Positions 30,780 to 41,573 of a stretch of DNA of 64,000 nt are shown here, piece after piece (positions within the stretch are counted from its first letter, which is position 1; each line of letters opens with the position of its first letter). This DNA is from Rhodothermales bacterium. GTDB taxonomy: Bacteria > Bacteroidota > Rhodothermia > Rhodothermales > VXPQ01. Position numbers and translations under genes: made by a program. Where the stretch lies: assembly GCA_040904565.1 (NCBI GenBank), contig JBBDTI010000075.1, positions 170,508 through 234,507 on the forward strand, written 5' to 3'. A model generated the notes under the pieces. That model was not told where the DNA came from. It did no database searches and saw nothing but the letters and a program-made list of their open reading frames with translations.

Positions 30780-32219
30780 ATGACCTACGTGACATCGGTC
30801 CGTCCCTCACGCATCGACCTGCACGCGATCACCCTCATGCTGCTCGCCCTCTTGCTGCCGACTTGGGGCTGCGGTGACGGCGCGATGCCGGTGGGCGAAG
30901 GTGTACAGGCCCGCATCCATCCATCCGCCGAGCAGCCCCGCTACTGGCAGATGGGCGACGAGCCCGTCATGCTCCTGGGCGGCTCACGCGAAGACAATCT
31001 CTTTCAGATCGACGACGTCGAGGATCACCTTGACCTGCTCGAATCCGCAGGTGGCAACTACGTCCGCAACACGATGAGCTCGCGCGACTCCGGCGATGTA
31101 TGGCCGTTTGCCCGGCTCGAAAGCGGACTGTACGACCTCGAGCGGCCGTCCGAGGGCTACTTCGACCGTCTCTCCCACCTCCTGAAGGCCGCGCACGAGC
31201 GCGGCGTGGTCGTGCAGATCGAACTGTGGGACCGCTTCGACTATGCGCGTGAGCCCTGGCTGGCGAATCCGTTCCGTCCAGCCAACAACATCAATTACAC
31301 GATCGAAGAAAGCGGGCTACGCAACGAGTATCCCGCCCATCCGGGCAGCAACGACAATCCTTTCTTTCGCACGGTCCCGGGCGAAAATGATCACGCCCTG
31401 ATCCTCCGCTATCAAAGAGCCCACGTCGATCGCATTCTCGATCTAACGCTTCCTTATCCGAACGTGCTTTACACGATGGACAACGAGACGAACGGTATCG
31501 AGAGCTGGGGCGCGTATTGGGCGCGCTACATCCAAGAGGCCGCCGATCGGGCGGGGGTGGACGTCTACACGACGGAGATGTGGGATGCATGGGACCTTCG
31601 CGACGAACAGCACCGACGTACGCTGGATCATCCCGACCTCTACGCATTCGCAGACGTCTCCCAGAACAATCACAACACCGGACAGGAGCACTGGGACAAC
31701 CTGCAGTGGGTGCGGTCGTACATCGAAGCCGACCCACGCCCCCTGAACACGGTCAAGACGTACGGCGCCGACGGTGGCCCATACGGCTCGAGCCGTGACG
31801 GAACGGAACGGTTCTGGAGGAATGTTGTCGGAGGGGCGGCATCGGCCCGATTCCATCGCCCACCGTCGGGCCTCGGACTCAGCCCCCTCGCACAGGCGCA
31901 TCTCACGAGCGCACGCCTGTTCGTCGACGCGTTCGATCTCTTTCGCGCGCAACCGGATGTCGATCATGTCCGATTGACGGACCGGAATGCGAATGAGGCC
32001 TATCTCTCACATATCCCCGGCGATCAATCCGCCGTGTATTTCACCGACGGCGGCTCGGTCGGACTCGACCTGTCGGGCGAAACGGGTACGTATGCCGTGC
32101 GATGGCTGGATGTGGAGGGCCGCCGATGGCAGCCGGCTAACGACGTGGAGGCCGGCGGCGTGATACGACTCGATGCACCGCCGGACGGACACTGGGTTGC
32201 GCTCCTCGAGCGGCTGTAG
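30780..32219 (+). CDS. Lipoprotein, GH-A-clan-like TIM barrel with C-terminal beta-sandwich
   Basis: Lipobox TWGC; YDLERPSEGYFDRL, YTMDNET; C-terminal AVYF..GG...Y.VRWLD. Resembles the 17732-19204 protein. Start uncertain (30780 or 30837). Confidence 0.6.
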   Translation: MTYVTSVRPSRIDLHAITLMLLALLLPTWGCGDGAMPVGEGVQARIHPSAEQPRYWQMGDEPVMLLGGSREDNLFQIDDVEDHLDLLESAGGNYVRNTMSSRDSGDVWPFARLESGLYDLERPSEGYFDRLSHLLKAAHERGVVVQIELWDRFDYAREPWLANPFRPANNINYTIEESGLRNEYPAHPGSNDNPFFRTVPGENDHALILRYQRAHVDRILDLTLPYPNVLYTMDNETNGIESWGAYWARYIQEAADRAGVDVYTTEMWDAWDLRDEQHRRTLDHPDLYAFADVSQNNHNTGQEHWDNLQWVRSYIEADPRPLNTVKTYGADGGPYGSSRDGTERFWRNVVGGAASARFHRPPSGLGLSPLAQAHLTSARLFVDAFDLFRAQPDVDHVRLTDRNANEAYLSHIPGDQSAVYFTDGGSVGLDLSGETGTYAVRWLDVEGRRWQPANDVEAGGVIRLDAPPDGHWVALLERL

Positions 32220-32277
32220 TAGGCCGTCGATTCGTCCGCATCTCAGGGTCGCGCCGGCCGCGACGGGCCCTCGCCGG

Positions 32278-33063
32278 TCACGACGTCTTCCAGGGCGGAT
32301 CAACCTTCTTCAGAAACGCTTCGATACCGGCCCGGCAGTCATCCGTGCTGCGAGCCCGGGCGTTAAGCTCCACCGCATATCTGAGCGCCTCGTCCATATC
32401 CATATCGACCGTATCGCCCAGCATGCGCTTCGTCATCCGAACCGCCGAGGAGCTCGACTCGACGGTGAGATCGCGCACGAGGCCGTCCACCTCCGCGTCG
32501 AGATCGACCCGCGAGACGGCCTTCGTAATGAGCCCGAGCCGAGCCGCTTCCTCAGCCTGGATGACGTGCCCGCGCAGCAGCAGATCGCGCGCGGCCGCCT
32601 CTCCCACCTTACGCCGGACGAAGATGCCCACGATGGCCGGGACGAAGCCGATCCGAACTTCCGTGAATCCGCATTTCGCATCCTCAACTGCCACCGCAAT
32701 GTCGCACACGGCTGCCAGTCCACATCCTCCCGCGATGGCGTGGCCGTTAACCCTTGCAATAACGGGCTTCGGGTGGACGTAGATGCTTCGGAACAGATCG
32801 GCCAGGCGTTGGGAATCCGCTTCATTTTCTTCCCTCGTCGCATCCTGAAGCGCCCCGAGCTCCGCGAGGTCGGCACCGGACGAAAAGGCGCTGCCCGCAC
32901 CCGTCAGCACGATGCAGCGTACCGCGTCGTCCGCTCCGGCGGCTTCCATCGCTCGTCCGAGCGCATCGACGACCTCCCCACTGAGCGCATTACGCTTTTC
33001 CGGGCGATTGAGCGTGATCCTCGCGACGCGATCTTCGATATGGGTCGTGACGGGCGGCGTCAT
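32278..33063 (-). CDS. Enoyl-CoA hydratase/isomerase (methylglutaconyl-CoA hydratase-like)
   Basis: ITLNRPEKRNAL, FSSGADL, NGHAIAGGCGL and FTEVRIGFVPA motifs; ATGA overlap with the thrC stop. Confidence 0.85.
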   Translation of the reverse strand: MTPPVTTHIEDRVARITLNRPEKRNALSGEVVDALGRAMEAAGADDAVRCIVLTGAGSAFSSGADLAELGALQDATREENEADSQRLADLFRSIYVHPKPVIARVNGHAIAGGCGLAAVCDIAVAVEDAKCGFTEVRIGFVPAIVGIFVRRKVGEAAARDLLLRGHVIQAEEAARLGLITKAVSRVDLDAEVDGLVRDLTVESSSSAVRMTKRMLGDTVDMDMDEALRYAVELNARARSTDDCRAGIEAFLKKVDPPWKTS

Positions 33064-34340
33064 TGCGGGAGATGCTCGCGCAGGGCATCCAGCATAGCCG
33101 GCACCGTCTCGACGGCCACGTCCCGATCCCACAGGGCCGAGAGCCGGTCGGGCGACTCCGGCTCGATGCCGAGTGCGCGTTCGACCGTCTCGGGAAATTT
33201 AGACGGATGTGCCGTGGAGAGCACGACGACCGGCCGAGATACCGGCCGGCGTCGTACGGCTTCGAGTCCGACCGCCGTGTGCGGATCGGCGACGTATCCC
33301 GTCTCATCGTACACGCGCTGCATGGACGCGATCGTTTCATCGTCCGTTACGCTCTCACCGGCGATGAGCGTTCGCATACGCTGCCTCGAAAGGAGCGCAT
33401 CGAGGCGCTCGAAGTTGCTGGGCGCCCCGACATCCATCGCGTTCGAGAGGGTACGCACCGTAACACCGAACTCCACCTCCTCTCCCGAAAGGACGCGTGG
33501 GAAAAAGTCATTCGCGTTGTGGGCGGCGAGAAATCCGCTCACGGGTAGGCCGGAAAGGTACGCCAGGACACCGGCCGTCAGATTGCCGAGGTTTCCACTC
33601 GGCACGCAGCACGTCAGCGGGACATCGCCGAGGTGCTTCACGGCCCACGCGTAGTAGAGCATCTGCGGCAAGAGGCGCCCGATGTTAATGGAGTTGGCGG
33701 ATGACAGACCGGCATCGGCCAGGTCGGGGGCCATGAAGGCCTCCTTCACCATTCGCTGGCAGTCGTCGAAATCGCCTTCTACGGCGAGGGCGCGTACGCC
33801 CGGTCGGGCGACGATGAGCTGGCGTTCCTGAACGGGACTTACCTTTCCCTTCGGGTAGAGTAGTACGACGTCGATGCGATCCTGGCCCGCGAAGCCGTCG
33901 GCCACGGCGCTCCCCGTGTCCCCCGACGTAGCGACGAGTATCGTCACGTCCTCGTCCCTCCGATCGAGAAAATGACCCATCCAGCGCGCCATCGTGCGTG
34001 CCCCGAAATCCTTGAACGACAGCGTGGGACCGTGAAAAAGCTCCAGAACGTGGACGCCGTCCCATTTCGGGGCTTCGAGCGGGATCAGGGGAACGGGGAA
34101 ATTGAGGGCGTCGGTCGTGATGCGGCTGAGCGCATCCCGGCCGATCTCGTCGCCGACCCACGTGCTGAGTACGCGCCGGCCCATCTCTGCGAAGTCGGCG
34201 GCTTCGAAGGCATGGTCGAAGTCCGGTCTCGGGACCTCGGAAGGAACGAAGAGCCCTCCGTCAGGTGCTAATCCCTGCAGAAGTGCTTCTTCGAACGTTC
34301 GGCCGTCGCCGCCGCGCGTACTGCGATAGAAAACGGGCAT
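33060..34340 (-). CDS. thrC: Threonine synthase
   Basis: GLAPDGGLFVP, ELFHGPTLSFKDFG (PLP Lys), ATSGDTG, VPSGNLGN and TAHPSKF motifs. Confidence 0.95.
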   Translation of the reverse strand: MPVFYRSTRGGDGRTFEEALLQGLAPDGGLFVPSEVPRPDFDHAFEAADFAEMGRRVLSTWVGDEIGRDALSRITTDALNFPVPLIPLEAPKWDGVHVLELFHGPTLSFKDFGARTMARWMGHFLDRRDEDVTILVATSGDTGSAVADGFAGQDRIDVVLLYPKGKVSPVQERQLIVARPGVRALAVEGDFDDCQRMVKEAFMAPDLADAGLSSANSINIGRLLPQMLYYAWAVKHLGDVPLTCCVPSGNLGNLTAGVLAYLSGLPVSGFLAAHNANDFFPRVLSGEEVEFGVTVRTLSNAMDVGAPSNFERLDALLSRQRMRTLIAGESVTDDETIASMQRVYDETGYVADPHTAVGLEAVRRRPVSRPVVVLSTAHPSKFPETVERALGIEPESPDRLSALWDRDVAVETVPAMLDALREHLPQ

Positions 34341-34350
34341 ATCGGCTCGA

Positions 34351-35340
34351 CTATGCTTCGACGGCTTCCGCGCTGCGTTCGGCCATCTCCGCTACGCCGT
34401 CATCGTTAGCGTACGTGACGATACCGCGCGACGGAACACCCTTCGCGCGACTGGCCTTTACCATGGCATCGCGGATCGATACGGCGTCCTCGCGCGATCC
34501 CGCTACGGCGAACATGGCCGGACCCGACCCGGTGAGCGCACAGCCGAAAGCGCCCGCATCGAGCGCCGCGCTGCGCACGTTGTCGTAGCACGGAACGAGA
34601 CCGGCGCGGACCGGCTCTACGAGCCGATCCTCCATCGTGCACCGTCCGACGGTCTCCCAGTCACCGCATCGGTAGGCATCGACCAGGAACGCAAGCTCGG
34701 ACGCATTGTGGACGGCGTCTCGAAGCGACACCCTCTCGGGGAGCATGTCACGTGCCTCCTTCGTCAGCACCTCCACTTCAGGGAGCAGCAGGGCAAGATG
34801 AAGGGTTCGGGGCAGCTCGATGCGGCGATATCGCGACGGTTGGCTCGACGAGACGAGCACGAGTCCGCCCAGCAACGCCGGCAGGGCGTTGTCGCCGTGG
34901 CGCCCGCCCGAGGCGAGATCCTCTGCGTCCAGCACGGATTCGATCAGGGCTTCTTTTTCGAGCGGACATCCATAGACCACGTTGGCGGCCCACGCACCGG
35001 CGACGGCACTGGCCGCGGAGCCCCCGATGCCTGAGCCGAGGGGAATACCTTTCTTGAGCGTAAAGGCAACACCGCCGTCCACTCCCAGAATATCCAGGAC
35101 GCCCTTTGCTGCAATGACGGCCGTATTCATGTTCGGGTCCCTCGGGGCGATCCAGGATACGTCGCCCTGCGCGTGAGCGAGGTGGACCCCCGGCGCATCG
35201 GCACGCCGGGCCGCAATGACGTCCCCGATACCTGAGATGCAAAGGCCGAGGGCGTCGAAACCGGGCCCCAGGTTGGACAGGGATGCAGGCCCGAAAATGT
35301 GAACCTCGGCACTCGTTTGGTCGACTTGAATATCACTCAT
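34351..35340 (-). CDS. thrB: Homoserine kinase
   Basis: SNLGPGFDALG, IPLGSGIGGSAAS (GHMP motif), HGDN and GSGP motifs. Confidence 0.93.
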   Translation of the reverse strand: MSDIQVDQTSAEVHIFGPASLSNLGPGFDALGLCISGIGDVIAARRADAPGVHLAHAQGDVSWIAPRDPNMNTAVIAAKGVLDILGVDGGVAFTLKKGIPLGSGIGGSAASAVAGAWAANVVYGCPLEKEALIESVLDAEDLASGGRHGDNALPALLGGLVLVSSSQPSRYRRIELPRTLHLALLLPEVEVLTKEARDMLPERVSLRDAVHNASELAFLVDAYRCGDWETVGRCTMEDRLVEPVRAGLVPCYDNVRSAALDAGAFGCALTGSGPAMFAVAGSREDAVSIRDAMVKASRAKGVPSRGIVTYANDDGVAEMAERSAEAVEA

Positions 35341-35415
35341 AGGGTACAGGGATACGGCCGGATTCGACGCCGCGCACGGTCGCTGCGGCGTCCCATATAA
35401 CGGGCGCTCTTAACG

Positions 35416-36885
35416 TCAGCGTACTCGTGGAAGATCCCCCACCCCCTTCGTCGGAAGCGTCGTTTCCGACTGGCGAAGATATGCATCCACCCCCCGGGCG
35501 GCCTCGCGCCCTTCGGCAATGGCCCATACCACGAGCGACTGCCCTCTGCGCATGTCTCCGGCCGCGAATACACCGGGGCGCGAGGTCATGTAGTCGTCGT
35601 CCGTCTTTACGTTGCCCCGTTCGTCCAGGTCGACGTCGAGCGCTGCAATCACGCCGTCCGGTTCCGGTCCGACGTATCCGATGGCGAGCAGCACGAGATC
35701 CGCGTTCCACAGATGTTCGGACCCCGGCTTTTCTTCGAAGCGCATGCGGCCGGATTCATCTTCCTGGGGAGACACCTCGACCGTACGCAGTTTCTCCACC
35801 ACGCCGTCGCTGCCGAGAAATTCCTTCGTCATGATACTCCAGCGCCGGTCGGCACCTTCCTCGTGCGAGGAGGTGATCGAGAGGACCATCGGCATGAACG
35901 GCCAGGGCTGGTGCGGAGGGCGGTCTTCCGGTGGAACGGGGAGCAGCTCGAACTGCGTGATCGACCGGGCGCCCTGCCGGTTGGCCGTGCCGATGCAGTC
36001 GCTCCCGGTATCACCGCCTCCAATGACGATGACGTCCTTGTTCGTGGCGAGGATCGGATCGACGCCGTCCAGTTCGTCACCTTCGTTGCGCTTGTTCTGC
36101 TGCCAGAGAAAGTCCCACGCGAAATGGACGCCGTCCAGCTCCCGCCCCGGCACGGGCAGATCCCGCGGCTTCGTCGAACCGCCCGACAGCACGATAGCGT
36201 CGAAGTGATCGAGCCGCGAGACGGGGTAATTCTTCCCTACCTCGGCGTTCGTGACGAACTTGACGCCTTCCTCCCGCATCACGTCGACGCGCCGTTCGAC
36301 GATCCACTTTTCGAGCTTGAAGTCGGGAATCCCGTAGCGCAGCAAACCGCCGATGCGATCGTCGCGCTCGAAGACGGTAACGGAGTGCCCCGCCTGATTG
36401 ACCTGATCCGCCGCTGCGAGTCCGGCCGGCCCCGAACCCACCACGGCGACCTCGCATCCCGTGCGCTCGACCGGCGGACGCGGTGCGTACCACCCTTCAT
36501 CCCATCCCCGATCGGAGATATTCTTCTCGATCTGCTCGATCGTGACGGGTGGCTCGTTGATCCCCAGAACGCAGGCCGACTCGCACGGAGCCGGACAGAT
36601 GCGACCGGTAAATTCCGGAAAGTTGTTCGTGGCGCGAAGCCGCTGAAACGCCTCGTCCCATCGATCGCGGTATACCAGGTCGTTCCAGTCAGGAATGATA
36701 TTCCCCAGGGGACAACCCGACTGGCAAAACGGCACGCCGCAGTCCATACACCGCGCCGCCTGCTGCTTGACCTTCTTGACCGGCAGCTCCAGATAGATGT
36801 CACGAAAATCCTGCTTGCGTTCCTCTACAGGGCGCCGAGGAGCAAGCTCCCGGTCATACTCAATGAAGCCTGTTATCTTTCCCAT
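35416..36885 (-). CDS. gltD: Glutamate synthase small subunit
   Basis: RCMDCGVPFC..GCP, GRICPAPCE, GSGPAG, GGGDTGSDC and GDMRRGQSLVVWAI motifs. Confidence 0.96.
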   Translation of the reverse strand: MGKITGFIEYDRELAPRRPVEERKQDFRDIYLELPVKKVKQQAARCMDCGVPFCQSGCPLGNIIPDWNDLVYRDRWDEAFQRLRATNNFPEFTGRICPAPCESACVLGINEPPVTIEQIEKNISDRGWDEGWYAPRPPVERTGCEVAVVGSGPAGLAAADQVNQAGHSVTVFERDDRIGGLLRYGIPDFKLEKWIVERRVDVMREEGVKFVTNAEVGKNYPVSRLDHFDAIVLSGGSTKPRDLPVPGRELDGVHFAWDFLWQQNKRNEGDELDGVDPILATNKDVIVIGGGDTGSDCIGTANRQGARSITQFELLPVPPEDRPPHQPWPFMPMVLSITSSHEEGADRRWSIMTKEFLGSDGVVEKLRTVEVSPQEDESGRMRFEEKPGSEHLWNADLVLLAIGYVGPEPDGVIAALDVDLDERGNVKTDDDYMTSRPGVFAAGDMRRGQSLVVWAIAEGREAARGVDAYLRQSETTLPTKGVGDLPRVR

Positions 36886-36955
36886 CTATATACATCTCTA
36901 TGTGCTCAACTCATCTCGTACATCCACACCGGCCTGTGCGGACCGGCCGCCGCGA

Positions 36956-39900
36956 TCAGGCCGCGACCTGTTCCGACAGGGCTTCGTCGCCCGATTCCTC
37001 CTCGAGGCGCAGCAGCGCATTGCGATACTCGACCGGCATAACCTTGACGAACTCCTCGAGAGAAGCCTCCCAGTTCTCCAGCACCCAGCGCGCGGTCTTG
37101 CTGTCCGTGTAGCGGTAGTGGTTTTCGACCATTTCACGGAGCTCCGTAATGTCGGCTGGATCGGTGACCTCTTCGAGGTCCACCATCTCGATATTGCACC
37201 TAAGGGTTCTAAACTCCAGGGTTCCGTCGAGCACGTAGGCGACGCCCCCGCTCATCCCCGCCGCGAAATTGCGGCCCGTCGGTCCGAGCACGACGACGCG
37301 CCCGCCCGTCATGTATTCGCAGCCGTGGTCCCCGATACCTTCGACGACGGCACGGACGCCGCTGTTGCGAACGCCGAACCGCTCACCGGCCTGCCCGCGC
37401 ACGTATACCTCGCCGCGCGTCGCACCGTAGAGGGCCACGTTCCCGACGATGATGTTATCGTGAGGCGTGTAGGAAGCTGTTTCGGGCGGACGGATAATCA
37501 GGCGTGCGCCGGAAAGGCCCTTTCCGAAGTAATCGTTTGCATCGCCGCTCAACCGCACCGTGATACCGCGCGCCCCGAACGCCATAAAGCTCTGTCCGCC
37601 CGAACCCGTCATATTCATCCGGATCGTGTCGTCGGGAAGGCCCTTCAGCGGATAGCGCTTGCTGACTTCGGCCGACAGCAACGTGCCGACCGTACGATGA
37701 GTATTGTTGATCTTCACGTCGAACTCCACGGGCTGGCCACGCTGGAGTGCATCCTCCGCCTTCTTGATGAGCAGATGGTCGAGCGCTCGCTCGATGCCGT
37801 GATCCTGCTCGGTCGCGTGAAACTTGCGAAGCGCGGGCGGCACCTCGGCCTTGACGAGGATGGGGGAGAGATCGAGGTGCCGCGCCTTCCAGTGCTTGAC
37901 GCCGGACCGGGCCTTCAGCCGCTGAACCTGTCCGACCATCTCGTCGATCGTCCGAAATCCGAGCTGCGCCATCACCTTGCGCAGCTCCTCCGCCACGAAG
38001 TGGAAGTAATTGATCACGTGCTCCGGCTTGCCCTCGAATTTCTTGCGGAGCTCCGGATCCTGCGTGGCGATGCCGACGGGACACGTGTTGAGGTGACACT
38101 TGCGCATCATGATGCAGCCCATGGCCACCAGCGGCGCCGTGGCAAAGCCGAATTCGTCGGCTCCGAGCAGACAGGCAATCGCCACGTCGCGCCCGGTCTT
38201 TAGCTGGCCGTCACATTCGAGCTTTACGCGGCTGCGGAGGCCGTTCCGCATGAGCACCTGGTGGGCTTCCGAAAGCCCGAGCTCCCAGGGCAGTCCGGCG
38301 TGCATCAGCGAAGTCGCCGGCGACGCGCCCGTCCCGCCGTCATGGCCGGAGATGAGAATTACGTCGGCCTTCCCCTTCGCCACGCCGGCAGCCACCGTGC
38401 CGACACCCACTTCGGAGACCAGCTTGACGGTCACCCGCGCGTCCGGATTCGAATTCTTGAGATCGTGGATGAGCTGCGCCAGGTCCTCGATCGAATAAAT
38501 GTCGTGGTGCGGCGGTGGAGAGATCAGTCCGACGTACGGCGTGGAATGACGCGTCTTGGCGATCCACGGATACACCTTCTCACCGGGCAGCTGACCACCC
38601 TCGCCGGGCTTGGCACCCTGCGCCATCTTGATCTGGATCTCGTCGGCGCTCGTCAGATAGTCGATCGTGACGCCGAATCGTCCGGAGGCCACCTGCTTGA
38701 TGCGGCTCCGCTTCTCACTGTCCCGACGATACCGGCTCGGGTCTTCTCCCCCCTCGCCGGTGTTGTTCTTACCGCCGAGGCGATTCATCGCCACGGCCAG
38801 CGTCTCGTGTACCTCCTGCGAGATGGAGCCGTACGACATGGCGCCCGTCTTGAAGCGCTTTACGATTTCGGTCCACGGTTCTACCTCGTCGAGAGGCACC
38901 GGGTTAACGTCCGCGTCGTCGAATTCCAGCAGGCCGCGCAGCGTACCCAGGGTCTTCGTTTGATCGTTGATCCGCTCGGCGAAATCGTCGTACGTATCGG
39001 GCTGCCCCGAACGCACGGCATGCTGAAGGCGGGCGATCGACATGGGATTGAACATGTGAAACTCGCCGTTGCGACGCCACAGGTATTTCCCGCCCGGCTC
39101 GAGGTCCGTCGCAAAGGATATTTCGACCTCCGGATACGCCTTTCGGTGGCGGATCCGGGCTTCCTCGGCGATGACGTCGAGGCCGATGCCGCCGATCCGG
39201 CTGGCCGTCCCGGCGAAATAGTCGTCGATGACCTCCTGCGAGATGCCGATGGCCTCGAAGATCTGCGCGCCGCGATAGCTCTGCACGGTGGAGATGCCCA
39301 TCTTGGACATCACCTTCAGGATGCCCTTCCCGACGGCCTTGATATACTTTGCCTTCGCCTCGTCGGACGATACGTCTTCGTCTGCCAGGAGGCGCACGAT
39401 GACCTGGAGCGCCAGGTAGGGATTCACCGCGTCGGCTCCATAGCCGATGAGCGCGCAGAAGTGATGCACCTCCCGCGGCTCACCGCTCTCGACGACGATC
39501 GAGGCACGCGTCCGCAACCCTTTTCGGATGAGGTGATGATGTACGGCGCCCGTTGCGAGGAGTGCAGGGATTGCCACCCCATCCGGGCCGGCGCGGCGGT
39601 CGGAGAGCACGAGGACGGAGCGGCCTTCCTCCACCGCCTTTTCCGCCTTTCGGCGGATACCGTCGAGAGCCCCGCGGAGTGCATCCCCGCCACCGTCCGC
39701 ATCGAATATCATGTCCAGCCGTTCGGCCTGGAGCTCGTCGATACCTGAATTCGGCAATCGAGTAAGATCCCGATCCGTCAGTATCGGCTGCTTGAGTATG
39801 AGCTTCCGGCAGTGCTGCGGCGTTTCCTTAAAGAGATCGCGTTCCGACCCGAGCTGCGTAAACAAGGAGGTCACCAGCTCCTCGCGTATAGCGTCGAGAG

Positions 39901-41488
39901 GAGGATTCGTCACCTGCGCGAAGAGCTGGCGGAAGTAATCGTAGAGCAAGCGCGGGTTGTCCGACAGCACCGCGATCGGCGTGTCGTCCCCCATGGAGCC
40001 CAGCACCTCCTTGCCGCGCATCCCCATCGGCTTCATGAGGACGCGCTCGTCTTCCAGCGTATAGCCGAAAAGCTTCTCCCTGGTATGCAGCTCATCCTGA
40101 TCGTACCCCGCCGGCTTACCGTGATCCGGCAGATCCTGGATGTGCACCGTGTTGTCGCGGATCCACTCCCCGTAAGGCCGGCGCGTGGCCAGCCGGGTTT
40201 TGATTTCCTCGTCGCTGATAATTCGATGCTCCTGCAGATCCACAAGAAACATCTTCCCGGGCTGCAGGCGTCCCTTCGACTCGACGTTCGCTGGATCCAC
40301 TCTCAGCACGCCGGTCTCCGACGAGAGAATAACGCAGCCGTCTTTCGTGACCGTGTAGCGCGACGGGCGGAGGCCGTTTCGGTCCAGCACGGCCCCGATG
40401 TACCGGCCGTCCGTGAACGGCAGGGTGGCCGGTCCGTCCCACGGCTCCATCAGGCAGGAATGATACTCGTAGAACGCACGTTTCTCCTCACTCATCTCGT
40501 TCGCATACTCCCACGCTTCCGGCACGAGCATCATCATCGCGTGGGGCAGGGAGCGGCCCGTATGATAGAGCAGCTCGACGGCGTTGTCCAGCACCGCCGA
40601 ATCGCTCTGCCCTTCCGTGAGGATAGGCAGCAGTTTCTTCATGTCGTCCCCGAAAAGATCCGACTCGAAGAGTTCCTGCCGCGCGTTCATCCAGTTGACG
40701 TTCCCGCGCAGCGTGTTGATCTCGCCGTTATGAGAGATAAAGCGGAACGGCTGAGCGAGGCTCCATTGCGGCAGCGTATTCGTCGAGAAGCGAGAGTGAA
40801 CCATGGCGAGCGCGCTCTTCATGAGCGGATCGCTGAGATCGGGATAGTACTCGCCGAGCTGCTCGACGGTCAGCATGCCCTTGTACACGAGCGTACGTGA
40901 GGACAGAGACGGAATGTAGCACGTATCCTTTTGCTTCAGATCCGAGTCCGCAATACTGTGCTCGACGACCTTTCGGATCACGAAGAGCTTGCGCTCGAAG
41001 GCATCCTGATCCTTAACTCCGCGTCCCTTTTCGACGAAGACCTGCCAGATGTCGGGTTCCTGCTGGCGGGACGCCTCTCCCACGCGCGCGTCGTTAGTCG
41101 GTACTCGGCGCCAGCCGATGACCTTCTGGCCTTCGGCCTGAACCACTTCTTCGATTTTTTCTCTGCAGGCGGTGCGCTCGTCGTAGTCCTGCGGCAGAAA
41201 TACGAGTCCGGCCGCATACGATCCCGGCTCCTTCGATCCGGCGCCCAGGTCGTCCAGAATGGATGCAAAAAATTCGTGCGGCAGTTGCATGAGGATTCCC
41301 GTCCCGTCGCCCGTCCGCTCGTCACAGCCACACGCACCGCGGTGCTCCAGGTTGATCAACATTTCGATCCCCTTCTTCACGATATCGTGCGAGGGCGTAT
41401 TCTGTACGTTACAGATAAAGCCTACGCCGCACGCGTCGTGCTCGTAGAAGGAGTCGTACAAGCCTTCGCGAGTACGTGAGTATTGCAT
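36956..41488 (-). CDS. gltB: Glutamate synthase large subunit
   Basis: [47 protein letters not shown] and GXGXG repeats. Confidence 0.97.
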   Translation of the reverse strand: MQYSRTREGLYDSFYEHDACGVGFICNVQNTPSHDIVKKGIEMLINLEHRGACGCDERTGDGTGILMQLPHEFFASILDDLGAGSKEPGSYAAGLVFLPQDYDERTACREKIEEVVQAEGQKVIGWRRVPTNDARVGEASRQQEPDIWQVFVEKGRGVKDQDAFERKLFVIRKVVEHSIADSDLKQKDTCYIPSLSSRTLVYKGMLTVEQLGEYYPDLSDPLMKSALAMVHSRFSTNTLPQWSLAQPFRFISHNGEINTLRGNVNWMNARQELFESDLFGDDMKKLLPILTEGQSDSAVLDNAVELLYHTGRSLPHAMMMLVPEAWEYANEMSEEKRAFYEYHSCLMEPWDGPATLPFTDGRYIGAVLDRNGLRPSRYTVTKDGCVILSSETGVLRVDPANVESKGRLQPGKMFLVDLQEHRIISDEEIKTRLATRRPYGEWIRDNTVHIQDLPDHGKPAGYDQDELHTREKLFGYTLEDERVLMKPMGMRGKEVLGSMGDDTPIAVLSDNPRLLYDYFRQLFAQVTNPPLDAIREELVTSLFTQLGSERDLFKETPQHCRKLILKQPILTDRDLTRLPNSGIDELQAERLDMIFDADGGGDALRGALDGIRRKAEKAVEEGRSVLVLSDRRAGPDGVAIPALLATGAVHHHLIRKGLRTRASIVVESGEPREVHHFCALIGYGADAVNPYLALQVIVRLLADEDVSSDEAKAKYIKAVGKGILKVMSKMGISTVQSYRGAQIFEAIGISQEVIDDYFAGTASRIGGIGLDVIAEEARIRHRKAYPEVEISFATDLEPGGKYLWRRNGEFHMFNPMSIARLQHAVRSGQPDTYDDFAERINDQTKTLGTLRGLLEFDDADVNPVPLDEVEPWTEIVKRFKTGAMSYGSISQEVHETLAVAMNRLGGKNNTGEGGEDPSRYRRDSEKRSRIKQVASGRFGVTIDYLTSADEIQIKMAQGAKPGEGGQLPGEKVYPWIAKTRHSTPYVGLISPPPHHDIYSIEDLAQLIHDLKNSNPDARVTVKLVSEVGVGTVAAGVAKGKADVILISGHDGGTGASPATSLMHAGLPWELGLSEAHQVLMRNGLRSRVKLECDGQLKTGRDVAIACLLGADEFGFATAPLVAMGCIMMRKCHLNTCPVGIATQDPELRKKFEGKPEHVINYFHFVAEELRKVMAQLGFRTIDEMVGQVQRLKARSGVKHWKARHLDLSPILVKAEVPPALRKFHATEQDHGIERALDHLLIKKAEDALQRGQPVEFDVKINNTHRTVGTLLSAEVSKRYPLKGLPDDTIRMNMTGSGGQSFMAFGARGITVRLSGDANDYFGKGLSGARLIIRPPETASYTPHDNIIVGNVALYGATRGEVYVRGQAGERFGVRNSGVRAVVEGIGDHGCEYMTGGRVVVLGPTGRNFAAGMSGGVAYVLDGTLEFRTLRCNIEMVDLEEVTDPADITELREMVENHYRYTDSKTARWVLENWEASLEEFVKVMPVEYRNALLRLEEESGDEALSEQVAA

Positions 41489-41573
41489 GTGCTCCTCGGT
41501 AATTGTGATCTATTTGAAAGAACGCCGGTCAGGTCAGGCCACAAGACCGGCCGTTAATGCAGTCGAAGCCTGT

